DNA from: Pirellulales bacterium
GTDB taxonomy: Bacteria; Planctomycetota; Planctomycetia; Pirellulales; JBBRCE01
Length of the DNA: 64,000 nucleotides
Direction of reading: 5' to 3'
Assembly: GCA_038205115.1 (NCBI GenBank)
Contig: JBBRCE010000005.1
Span: 79,754-143,753 of the forward strand
In this document: positions 40,640 to 49,390 of the stretch, piece by piece
Position numbering within the stretch: the stretch's first letter is position 1
Layout: each line of letters begins with the position of its first letter
Notes under the pieces: generated by a model
The model's database searches: none
What the model was told of the DNA's origin: nothing
What the model saw: only the letters and a program-made list of their open reading frames with translations
Made by a program: the position numbers and the translations under genes

Positions 40640-41340
40640 TCGCGCACGATACTTCTCCGCGCGCTCGGACGATTGCCATTGGCGACATCCACGGCTGTCT
40701 TCGCGCGCTCGACACTTTACTAACGGCCATCGATCCGCAACCGCACGACACGATCGTGGCGCTCGGCGACTTTGTCGATCGCGGTCCGGACGCGTGCGGT
40801 GTGCTCGATCGGCTGCTGCAATTGGAACAGCAGTGTCAGTTGGTTGCCATCCTCGGCAATCACGATGAAATGTTTCTCAATGCCCTTGCAGGCCTGGGCA
40901 GCGCCGCCGATTGGCTGGAGGTTGGAGGGCGACAAACGTTGCAGTCGTACGGATTGCGTGCCTGCGCCTTGCCGTCGGAAATTGCCGCGGTCGTGCCAAG
41001 CCACCACGTCGATTTCCTCGGCCGCTGCTTGCCGTGGTTCGAAACCGAAACGCATTTTTTTGTTCATGCCAATTACTTGGCCGATCACTCGCTGAACGAG
41101 ATCGAGGCCTATTGGCTGCGCTGGCTTTCGTTGCGCGAATACCTGCCACCGGCCCACGAAAACGGCAAGACCGCGGTCGTGGGGCATACCAAGCAGCGGA
41201 CGGGCGAAATCTTTGATTGTGGCTACCTGAAATGCATCGACACCGGTTGCCATGCCGGCCTCTGGCTAACGGCGTTGGACGTTAACACGGGCCAACTTTG
41301 GCAAGCCAATCAGCGTGGCGAAGTACGGACGCCAAGCTGA
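40636..41340 (+). CDS. Calcineurin-like metallophosphoesterase (PPP type)
   Basis: GDIHG, GDFVDRGP, GNHD, FVHA, GHT, IDTG. Confidence 0.92.
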   Translation: MIAHDTSPRARTIAIGDIHGCLRALDTLLTAIDPQPHDTIVALGDFVDRGPDACGVLDRLLQLEQQCQLVAILGNHDEMFLNALAGLGSAADWLEVGGRQTLQSYGLRACALPSEIAAVVPSHHVDFLGRCLPWFETETHFFVHANYLADHSLNEIEAYWLRWLSLREYLPPAHENGKTAVVGHTKQRTGEIFDCGYLKCIDTGCHAGLWLTALDVNTGQLWQANQRGEVRTPS

Positions 41341-41474
41341 TTGGCGAACGTCGTTTGAGACGGCACCTTGGTATATTAGGCCAAACTCTTCCCGCCGGGC
41401 TTGCTATCGGCGCGCCGCTGGTAAAAAATGTCTTCTGTGGCCACGTTGCCGGGTCTGCTCGGAAGGATCATTTC

Positions 41475-42665
41475 ATGCCGCTGCGTTCGACGCGATATTC
41501 TGTCGCCCTGTTTGTTTCTCTGCTACTTGCTGCACTCGCGGACAACGCGCGGGCCGCCGACGATAACAAGCCCAAAGCGCCCGTCCCGCCGCCTAGGGTG
41601 CAAGGTCCGCCGTCGGTCACGCCGCCGCAAGTTCGTTTTCCGCGGGCGCACCGTCGGCAGTTTGATGTCGGACCCGAGGGATTCAAGAACGCCACGCAAG
41701 TCACCAGCGCATGGAAAGAAGCCATCACGCCCGCCGGCGACGCCACCGTGCGCGTGCTCTGCGGCGACAAGCAAGTGGGTTACGGCACCGTCGTCGAATC
41801 GGAAGGTTGGATCGTCACCAAGGCGAGTCTGCTCAGCGGCGATGTCGTTTGCCAGTTTGCCGACCGGCAAAAGTTCGATGCCCGCGTTGCTGGCTCCGAC
41901 GAGCGCAGCGATTTGGCGCTGCTCAAGATCGACGCCCACAAACTGAAATCGGTTGCCTGGCGCAGCGGCGAGTTGCCCACCATTGGCACCATTGTGGCGG
42001 CCAGCGCGCCCGGCGATAAGTTGCTGGCGATGGGCGTGGTCAGCGATATCCCGCTCAAGATTCCTGGACCGACCAAGACCGAAGCACCCCGCGGCTACCT
42101 GGGAATTCGTCTCGGCGGCGACGGCGGCGATACGGAAATTCAAACGGTCACGCCCGATAGCGCCGCAGCGCAAGCCGGCTTGCTGGCTGGCGACAAAGTG
42201 CAGGCCATCGACGGCGTGGACATGAAAACCACGCAGCAAATTGTCGAACTGATTGGCAGTTTGCCGCCCGGCAAAAAAATCAAAATCGCCGTCAAGCGTG
42301 GCGATGACGATGTGGCCGTGTATGCCGTGCTCGGTAATCAACAGGCCAACAGCGCCGGCGAGGCGGTCAAGCTCTCGCAAGATAATTGGGGCGGCGGACC
42401 GTTCAGCGAACGTCGTCGTGGTTTTCCACTGGTCATCTCCGACGACCTGACCATAGCGCCCAACGAATGTGGCGGCCCGCTGGTCGATACCGACGGCAAA
42501 GCGGTGGGCGTCAATATTGCCCGCGCGCTACGCGTCACCAGTTACGCGTTGCCGGCCAAACTGGTGCAAGAAACAGTGACAAAACTCAAGCAGCAGGACG
42601 ATGCCGCCCACGGCGCACCGGCTGTTCCCGCTGGCCAGAAGGCGCCGGCCGCTTCCAAAAAATAG
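41475..42665 (+). CDS. Secreted S1C/trypsin-like protein with internal PDZ and degenerate catalytic motifs
   Basis: Signal peptide; IVTKAS, SDLALLKI, GYLGI PDZ, NECGGPLVD.DG..VGVN. Confidence 0.8.
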   Translation: MPLRSTRYSVALFVSLLLAALADNARAADDNKPKAPVPPPRVQGPPSVTPPQVRFPRAHRRQFDVGPEGFKNATQVTSAWKEAITPAGDATVRVLCGDKQVGYGTVVESEGWIVTKASLLSGDVVCQFADRQKFDARVAGSDERSDLALLKIDAHKLKSVAWRSGELPTIGTIVAASAPGDKLLAMGVVSDIPLKIPGPTKTEAPRGYLGIRLGGDGGDTEIQTVTPDSAAAQAGLLAGDKVQAIDGVDMKTTQQIVELIGSLPPGKKIKIAVKRGDDDVAVYAVLGNQQANSAGEAVKLSQDNWGGGPFSERRRGFPLVISDDLTIAPNECGGPLVDTDGKAVGVNIARALRVTSYALPAKLVQETVTKLKQQDDAAHGAPAVPAGQKAPAASKK

Positions 42666-42733
42666 CGACCACGGCCGGACAATAAACACGCAGACCTACG
42701 CACACTTGCGGAACGTCGATGAGGATCGGCAGC

Positions 42734-45043
42734 ATGGCTTGGCCCACGAATCGAATTGTTGCGGCAGCGCTCGCTTTGACCGGCCTGCTGATCGCGGTTG
42801 CTCCGCTCCGCGCGGCGTCCGTGCTCGTCGAGGCAGAAAGTTTCGATCGGCCCGGCGGTTGGAGTTTGGATACCCAGTCCATCGTCGGTATGGGCTCGCC
42901 CTATTTGCTCGCGCACGGTCTTGGTAAGCCGGTGGACGATGCATCGACCACCGTCAAATTTGCCAAGCCGGGCACATATCACATTTACGTGCGAACCAAG
43001 GATTGGGTTGCGCGTTGGCAAGCGCCTGGCCAGCCTGGCAAGTTCCAACTACTGGTCGATGGCGTCGCGCTCAAACCCATCTTTGGCACCGCAGGTGCCG
43101 ACTGGTTTTGGCAAGCCGGCGGCGAGGTGGATGTCAAATCCACCGCCACCCTAACTCTGCACGACCTGACCGGCTTCGAAGGCCGCTGCGATGCCGTCTG
43201 GTTCACGCAGGGCGATGAGCGGCCCCCCAACGATCGCAAAACACTCGACGCCTGGCGCCGCAAACAGCTCGCGCTGCCAGAGCAATTGGCCGTAAAAAAA
43301 GGTTACGACCTGGTGGTTGTCGGCGGTGGCTACTCGGGCTTGGGGGCGGCGATTTCCGCCGCGCGCATGGGCTGCAAGGTGGCCTTGATTCAAGATCGCA
43401 GCGTGCTCGGCGGCAATGGCTCCAGCGAAGTCCGCGTTTGGGCGATGGGCGAAATCAAACGCGGCAAGTATCCGCACATTGGCGAAATCGTCGAGGAATT
43501 CGCCGATCACGCCACCAAGTCGCCCGGCACGGCCGAAATGTTTGGCGACGAAAAAAAATCCAACGTCGTCGTCGCCGAAAAAAATATCGATCTGTTTCTC
43601 AATTATCACGTCTTTCGGCTCGAAACAAACAACAAGCAGATTCAATCTGTCGACGCGCTCGACACCCGCACTTCCGAGCAAACCCGCTTCGTCGGCCGCT
43701 TCTTCTGCGACGCCACAGGGCATGGCGCCGTGGGCGCGATGGCCGATGCGGACTTCGAAATGAAGGCCGATGGCCGCATGGGCATGAGCAACATGTGGAC
43801 CTGGGCCGAAGAAAAACAGCCGACCAAGTTTCCCGAAACGCCGTGGGCCCTCGATCTGAACATGAAGGATTTTCCCTATCCCAAGGATTTTCACGCCGAG
43901 TGGTTCTGGGAAGGCGGTTTCAATAAAGACGCCATCAACGACGCCGAAGGCATTCGCGATTGGAACCTGCGAGCAATTTACGGCGCGTTCAATGCCATGA
44001 AGAATCGCGATGGCGCCGACAAACATCGCAACGCCGCGCTCACCTGGGTGGCCTACATCGGCGGACCGCGCGAATCGCGCCGGCTACTGGGCGATGTGCT
44101 GCTCACCCAGCAAGACGTCGTCGGCAAACGCGACTTTCCCGACGGCTGCGTGCCCAGCACTTGGTCGATCGATCTCCATGTGCCCAAAAAACAGTACGCC
44201 GAAAAATTTCCCGACAACCCATTCATCTCCATCGCGCAGTTCGACAGCCGCGTCGATCGCACCTATGGATATCCCATTCCTTACCGCTGCTTTTACTCCC
44301 GCAACGTCGACAACCTGTTCATGGCCGGCCGCTGCATCAGCGTCTCGCACGAAGCGCTCGGCACGATCCGCGTCATGAAAACCTGCGGCATGATGGGCGA
44401 AGTGGTCGGCAAAGCGACGTCGGTTTGCATCGTGCATGGCTGCGATTCTCGCGACGTCTACGAGAAATATTGGAACGACTTGGACGAACTGCTGCGATTG
44501 CCCGGCAAAGCCCGCCGCGCCACCACTGCTGATCCGCTCTCGGAGCAGCCCAGCCCGCCAAACAAAGAACCGGTGGCCGGCGCAAATGCAAAAAAAGAAA
44601 CCGCGCAGACTGGGATCGATCCCCAGACATTGCCCGGGCTCGTAATTGATGACGTTGCCGCCCAGCACACCGGCAAATGGACGGCAGGTGTCGGCCTGCC
44701 CGGCTACGTCGGCCAGGGCTATGTTTACGCGCCCGCGGATAGCGATGCCAGCATTCGTTACGAATTCCAGTCGCCCGGTGCCGGCAAGTTTGAGATTCGC
44801 ATGTCGTACGGTCAGCACGAAAATCGCGGACGCACCGTGCCGGTGGTTGTGCAAACCGCCGCCAAAAAAGCGATTCTTGCCATCAACATGCGCGAAAAAC
44901 CACCGCTCGACAACGGCTTTATTTCGCTGGGCGTGTTTGACTTAACCCAAGGCGAAACCGTGGCCGTCACCATCGCGACCAAGGGCGCCGGCGGCAACGT
45001 TCATGCAGACGCCATCCAAATTTTGCCGGCTGAGAAAAAGTAG
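42734..45043 (+). CDS. Exported FAD-dependent oxidoreductase with N- and C-terminal beta-sandwich domains
   Basis: GAGGA SD; signal peptide; VVGGGYSG, LGGN.SSE, DATG.G, RESRRLLG, IPYRC.YSRN..NL.MAGRCIS. Confidence 0.88.
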   Translation: MAWPTNRIVAAALALTGLLIAVAPLRAASVLVEAESFDRPGGWSLDTQSIVGMGSPYLLAHGLGKPVDDASTTVKFAKPGTYHIYVRTKDWVARWQAPGQPGKFQLLVDGVALKPIFGTAGADWFWQAGGEVDVKSTATLTLHDLTGFEGRCDAVWFTQGDERPPNDRKTLDAWRRKQLALPEQLAVKKGYDLVVVGGGYSGLGAAISAARMGCKVALIQDRSVLGGNGSSEVRVWAMGEIKRGKYPHIGEIVEEFADHATKSPGTAEMFGDEKKSNVVVAEKNIDLFLNYHVFRLETNNKQIQSVDALDTRTSEQTRFVGRFFCDATGHGAVGAMADADFEMKADGRMGMSNMWTWAEEKQPTKFPETPWALDLNMKDFPYPKDFHAEWFWEGGFNKDAINDAEGIRDWNLRAIYGAFNAMKNRDGADKHRNAALTWVAYIGGPRESRRLLGDVLLTQQDVVGKRDFPDGCVPSTWSIDLHVPKKQYAEKFPDNPFISIAQFDSRVDRTYGYPIPYRCFYSRNVDNLFMAGRCISVSHEALGTIRVMKTCGMMGEVVGKATSVCIVHGCDSRDVYEKYWNDLDELLRLPGKARRATTADPLSEQPSPPNKEPVAGANAKKETAQTGIDPQTLPGLVIDDVAAQHTGKWTAGVGLPGYVGQGYVYAPADSDASIRYEFQSPGAGKFEIRMSYGQHENRGRTVPVVVQTAAKKAILAINMREKPPLDNGFISLGVFDLTQGETVAVTIATKGAGGNVHADAIQILPAEKK

Positions 45044-46801
45044 GTGACTGCCCTCCCCCGGCAACGCGGCGCTCCGCGGCGACTCGCCCTGCACGCTCTG
45101 CGGGTGGCCATGTTTGTTGCCATCGTCACGCTCATTCACCTTGGGCAGCGAAAATACAACGACCGCGAATCACGTAACTGCGGCGATTGGCAACCCGTGC
45201 CGCTGGCCACCGTGCAAACATTGTGGCCCGAAGCGGCCGAACTGCTGCCCGTCGAACTGGCAACCGACCGCCGTGACGTGGTCGATGCCGCCGGCGCTCG
45301 TCTGGGCTTTGTGTTGCAAACTTCGCCGCAGGGTGACGCGGCCATCGGCTTTTCTGGCCCCACGAATTTGCTAATTGGCTGCGACGACACGCAGCACATT
45401 CGCGGAGTGGTCGTGCTGAGTAGCCGCGACACCCAAGAACACGTCAGCCGCATTCGAACCGATCCCAAGTTTTTGCAGCAGTTCAATGGGCGCACGCTTT
45501 CGGACGTCGCCGCACAGTCGCGAGTGGATGCGGTGTCTGGCGCCACGCTCACTTGCGACGCCATGGCCGAAGCGCTCGCCCGCCGCGCCGGCGGCGCGCC
45601 GACATCGCTCAAGTTTGCTGAAGCTGTTAGCGTCACCGACGTCCGTGTCCTTTTTCCGAACGCGGCCGAAGTCTTGCCCGATCGCGGCGAGCCATCGATG
45701 ACTCGCGTCCACGATGCGGCCGGCATGCCGCTGGGCTGGACGCTGCGAACCGCGCCCGCGGCAGATAATATCGTCGGCTACCAGGGTCCGACTGATACGC
45801 TGATCGGTTTCGATCCGGCCGGCAAGATCGTGGGCATCGCCATCCGCGGCAGTTTCGACAATCAGCCATATGTCGGCTACGTGCGCGACGACCGAGAATT
45901 TCGGGCGTTGCTCAACGGAAAATCGCTGGAAGAAATCTTGGGAATGGATCTGTCCGAGGTCGAAGGCGTCTCCGCGGCCACGATGACAAGCCAGGCGGTA
46001 GCCCGTGGCATCGCCGCCGCGATCGACCGTCACCTGGCAAATCACAAGGACGAAAACAAACCGGCCAACGCGCCGGCCAACGCGCCGGCTAGCGTGCGAC
46101 AGCCGGCGTCGTCGAACATTTCGGCCAACATTTCGGCCAGCGACTACGGCGCGGCGATGCTGATCTTACTGGGCTTGCTGATCGGTTTTACCAACCTCCG
46201 CGGCCAGCCCTGGGCGCGAATCATCTTTCCGCTGGTCGTGCTGATTGACCTGGGCCTATATTCCGGCACGCTGTTGTCACAAGCACAGTTGGTCGGTTGG
46301 GCGCAAGCCGGCCTGCCGCGCGGAGCCGCCGGATTGCTGCTGCTCACGCTGGCTGCTTTCATCGCGCCCATCGTCAGCAAACGCAATATCTATTGCTCGC
46401 ATCTCTGCCCGCATGGCGCGGCGCAACACGTAATCCATCGCCTGATCCGGCCGCGATTTCACCTGTCGGGCAACGTAAAAAAACTGGCCAAACTCATCGC
46501 TCCGATCTTACTGGTGGTCAGTGTGACGGTCGCCATCACGCATTGGCGGTTGAGCCTGGTGGACATCGAACCGTTTGACGCCTATGTGTTTCGCGTGGCC
46601 GGTTGGTCGACCATCGCCATCGCCGTGCTGGGCCTGCTGACTTCTGGCTTTGTGCCGCTGGCTTACTGCCGTTACGGTTGCCCAACCGGCGCCATGCTGG
46701 AATATCTGCGTCGCAATGCCCGTAGCGATCGCTGGACGCGTCGCGATTGGTTTGCCGCAGCGCTGTTGGCGTTGGCTGCGGCACTCTATGTCGCCGCGTA
46801 A
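45044..46801 (+). CDS. Membrane protein with two FMN-binding (flavinylation) domains and NosR/NapH-like CxxxCP membrane domain
   Basis: VDAVSGATLT and VEGVSAATMTS flavinylation motifs; YCSHLCPHG and YCRYGCPTG; several TM helices; starts right after the upstream stop. Confidence 0.88.
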   Translation: MTALPRQRGAPRRLALHALRVAMFVAIVTLIHLGQRKYNDRESRNCGDWQPVPLATVQTLWPEAAELLPVELATDRRDVVDAAGARLGFVLQTSPQGDAAIGFSGPTNLLIGCDDTQHIRGVVVLSSRDTQEHVSRIRTDPKFLQQFNGRTLSDVAAQSRVDAVSGATLTCDAMAEALARRAGGAPTSLKFAEAVSVTDVRVLFPNAAEVLPDRGEPSMTRVHDAAGMPLGWTLRTAPAADNIVGYQGPTDTLIGFDPAGKIVGIAIRGSFDNQPYVGYVRDDREFRALLNGKSLEEILGMDLSEVEGVSAATMTSQAVARGIAAAIDRHLANHKDENKPANAPANAPASVRQPASSNISANISASDYGAAMLILLGLLIGFTNLRGQPWARIIFPLVVLIDLGLYSGTLLSQAQLVGWAQAGLPRGAAGLLLLTLAAFIAPIVSKRNIYCSHLCPHGAAQHVIHRLIRPRFHLSGNVKKLAKLIAPILLVVSVTVAITHWRLSLVDIEPFDAYVFRVAGWSTIAIAVLGLLTSGFVPLAYCRYGCPTGAMLEYLRRNARSDRWTRRDWFAAALLALAAALYVAA

Positions 46802-46831
46802 CCGCCAAACCGTCGCTGGCGAGCTTGTGGT

Positions 46832-46860
46832 TTGACAGCCTGCGGTTCGCTGGTGATACT
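46832..46860 (+). promoter_or_regulatory. Putative internal sigma70-type promoter for cld
   Basis: TTGACA-N17-GATACT, 50 nt upstream of ATG 46910. Confidence 0.55.
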
Positions 46861-46909
46861 GCCCTGGGGAAATGAGGGCGGCGTTGATTTCAACAGAACC
46901 AGGTGATCG

Positions 46910-47488
46910 ATGTCGTCTGCCACAATGCCCGCCAATCGGTTGTTCACATTTGCCGGTGTCGCTGCCGGCACATGGCGCGTCGATGCCGTTCGGCCGATCG
47001 TCGGTGAGTCGCTGCCGCAGGTCAATTTCGTGAATATGCTGGGCGAAACCGTGCCCACGCCAACCACGGCGGTATGGTTGCTCCGCGGCATTGTCAGTAA
47101 TGAGCGCTACGTGACCCGCGCGGAAAAAACAGAACTCGTCAACAAACAGCAGGGCCTCGGCCGCGCGGATTCCACCCGCGCCGCGCTGATTCCCATCCGC
47201 AAATCGCCCGCCTGGTGGGGCCTAACCCAAGACGAGCGTCGCGCGGTACTGGAAGAACAATCGCAGCACATTAAGATCGGCCTGAAATATCTGCCGGCTA
47301 TTGCTCGGCGGCTGCATCACTGTCGCGACCTCGGACCAGGCGAGCCGTTCGACTTTTTAACGTGGTTCGAGTTCGCGCCGCAAGACGCGCCGGCGTTCGA
47401 TGAATTGGCCGCCGCTTTGCGCGAATCACCGGAATGGAAATTCATCGATCGCGAAGTCGATATCCGCCTCTCGCGTGATGCGGCGTAG
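46910..47488 (+). CDS. cld: Chlorite dismutase, short (clade-2/dimeric) type
   Basis: W.LRG..S..RYV.RAEK, AALIPIRKS.AWW.LTQDERR, HI...LKYLPAIAR.L.HCRD, EPFDFLTWFE, EW....REVDIRL with the distal catalytic Arg. By recall it closely resembles Nitrobacter-type short Cld. Confidence 0.9.
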   Translation: MSSATMPANRLFTFAGVAAGTWRVDAVRPIVGESLPQVNFVNMLGETVPTPTTAVWLLRGIVSNERYVTRAEKTELVNKQQGLGRADSTRAALIPIRKSPAWWGLTQDERRAVLEEQSQHIKIGLKYLPAIARRLHHCRDLGPGEPFDFLTWFEFAPQDAPAFDELAAALRESPEWKFIDREVDIRLSRDAA

Positions 47489-47534
47489 CCGTCTGGAATT
47501 GCCGTTTCCACGTTCAACCGAATCGATACGCCCC

Positions 47535-48830
47535 ATGCTCCTGATGAGTTGCCCGCCGCGACACATATTGCGTGCCCTGCCGATCATGATCGTGGCGCTG
47601 GCCGGCGTCTCTGCTGCGCGCGGCCAAGAGAACATCGCGCTCTCGGGGCCGACGATGGGTGCCACCTATCACATCAAGTTGGCTCGGTTGCCCGCCGGAC
47701 TCACTGCCGGCGCTCTGCAGGCAAAAGTCGAAACGCTGCTGGCGAATCTGGATGCTCAACTTTCGACTTATCGCCCCGACTCGGAATTGTCGCGGTTTAA
47801 TCGCAGCCCCAGCACCGATTGGTTTGCAGTCTCGCCCGCGCTGGCGGACGTCGTACAGCTTTCGCTCGATATTTCCGCGCGCTCCGGTGGCGCGTTCGAT
47901 GTCACCGTCGCGCCGCTGGTCCAACTCTGGGGTTTCGGCCGCCAGAACGGTCTGCCGCGAATTCCCAGCGACGCGGAGATCGCCACGGCCAAGCAATCCG
48001 TCGGCTGGCAAATGCTCGATGTGCGTCGGCATCCGCCGGCGCTGAAAAAATCGCGGCCGGAGCTACGTGTCGATCTGAATGGCATTGCCGGCTTTGCGGT
48101 GGATCGGTTGCAAGCCTTGTTCGATTCGCAAGGGATTCACGACGATCTGATTGAACTCGGCGGCGAAATGTTCGTCTCCGGCCATAGCGCCAGCGGTCAG
48201 GCGTGGCGAGTTGGCATCGAACAACCGGACGAGCGCCAAGTGGCGCTGCAAATGACGATTGGTTTCGATGCCGGTGGTTTTTCCGTCAGCGGCGACTACC
48301 GGCACTTTTATGAGCGCGATGGCCGCCGCTATTCGCACATCATCGATCCGGCCCGTGGTTGGCCCATTCGTTATCGCGGCGTGGCCTTGGCGGTTGCCGC
48401 CGAAAGTTGCGCCCAGGCAGACGCGTGGACCAAGCCGCTGCTGATTCTTGGCCCCGAGCAAGGCCTGAAACGGGCAGACGAACTGGGGCTGGCAGCTTGC
48501 TTTGTGCTGCGTGATGACGACGACGCCCGCCCCGGCGCGGAATCTCCGCAACCGTCATCCGCGCCATACCACTTCCTCGTCCGCGCTTCGAAAAACTTTC
48601 AGCGACGATTTCTGGCCGGCGACGCGCCTGCAGCCTCGCCCGTGTCATCGCCGGCGGAATCATCATTGCCGCCGGCTCGAAACCTCGCAATCACGAATCC
48701 ACCCGCCGGTCCGTTACTGGCGCAACAGCCGCCCGAAAACAAACCGCTACTGTGGGCGGCCGTTGGGCTGTGCATCGCTGCCTACGTCGGCATGCGTCTC
48801 TGGCGCCGCCGCGAACCGCCGCCCGACTAG
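47535..48830 (+). CDS. apbE: FAD:protein FMN transferase, atypical
   Basis: G.TMG.TY.I, STYRPDSELSRFN, GAFDVTV.PLV.LWG, ELGGE, WRVGIE.P, SGDY, SHIIDP; C-terminal TM. Confidence 0.88.
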   Translation: MLLMSCPPRHILRALPIMIVALAGVSAARGQENIALSGPTMGATYHIKLARLPAGLTAGALQAKVETLLANLDAQLSTYRPDSELSRFNRSPSTDWFAVSPALADVVQLSLDISARSGGAFDVTVAPLVQLWGFGRQNGLPRIPSDAEIATAKQSVGWQMLDVRRHPPALKKSRPELRVDLNGIAGFAVDRLQALFDSQGIHDDLIELGGEMFVSGHSASGQAWRVGIEQPDERQVALQMTIGFDAGGFSVSGDYRHFYERDGRRYSHIIDPARGWPIRYRGVALAVAAESCAQADAWTKPLLILGPEQGLKRADELGLAACFVLRDDDDARPGAESPQPSSAPYHFLVRASKNFQRRFLAGDAPAASPVSSPAESSLPPARNLAITNPPAGPLLAQQPPENKPLLWAAVGLCIAAYVGMRLWRRREPPPD

Positions 48831-49204
48831 AGCCGATAGCGCACCGGTCTGACAATCCTCTGCAGCCATCCAGCATATTCCTTGATGGACGCATGATGTC
48901 GCGGCGAATTTTGTGAGCGACCTTACCGCGAAACCTGACGATCCCAAGTACGCGCTTATTCCATTCTCGATGCTCTTTCGCCTCTTGCGCTGGCGACGTG
49001 GATCTTCCAGGGCCCACCGCACTCCGAGGTCCGCGCCCCGTTTCAGTAGCGCGTTGCTACTGGCGCAATTCAGCGGCAATTGACCTTAAGAGAGCGCTGG
49101 GCGCAAATTCAGGCGCTACAGTCTCACATCGGCATGGCTGCTGAAACGGACGATTCGCGACCGTTGTGGCGAGTCGGCAAGTCTTTCCGGAGCAATTCGC
49201 GCCG

Positions 49205-49240
49205 TTGACTTTCGCGCCAAATATGGTATACTAAAGTACA
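49205..49240 (+). promoter_or_regulatory. Near-consensus sigma70 promoter with overlapping palindromic operator
   Basis: TTGACT-N16-TATACT with extended -10 TG; TATAC-TAAA-GTACA (49227-49240) overlaps -10 and the predicted start site. Confidence 0.65.
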
Positions 49241-49390
49241 CATATCTCGCGGGCGGAAGGTCCGCCCAATGCGGGACAACGGATTTGAGGCCAACCCAGG
49301 GCTCTGACAACTCAGCGTGCAAAGGCAGGCACAGCACCCGACGGAAAACCGAGTTCGCAGCATTCAGGCGTACGGCTCTTCACTCCGCGT
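49240..49390 (+). ncRNA. Candidate structured small RNA (family not recognised)
   Basis: Follows the strong promoter between convergent genes. Stems: TCTCGC/GCGGGA enclosing GGGCGG-AAGGT-CCGCCC; GTGC/GCAC; AACTC/GAGTT. No ORF longer than 12 codons near the start. Confidence 0.45.

Noticed and set aside
46060-46142. 12-bp tandem repeats (PANA-PANA, NISA-NISA) in the FMN-binding gene
   Set aside because: In-frame duplications in a flexible linker; no evidence of phase variation.
49240-49390. CsrB/RsmZ-like CsrA sponge identity for the candidate RNA
   Set aside because: Only four GGA motifs, not clearly above chance and not consistently in loops.
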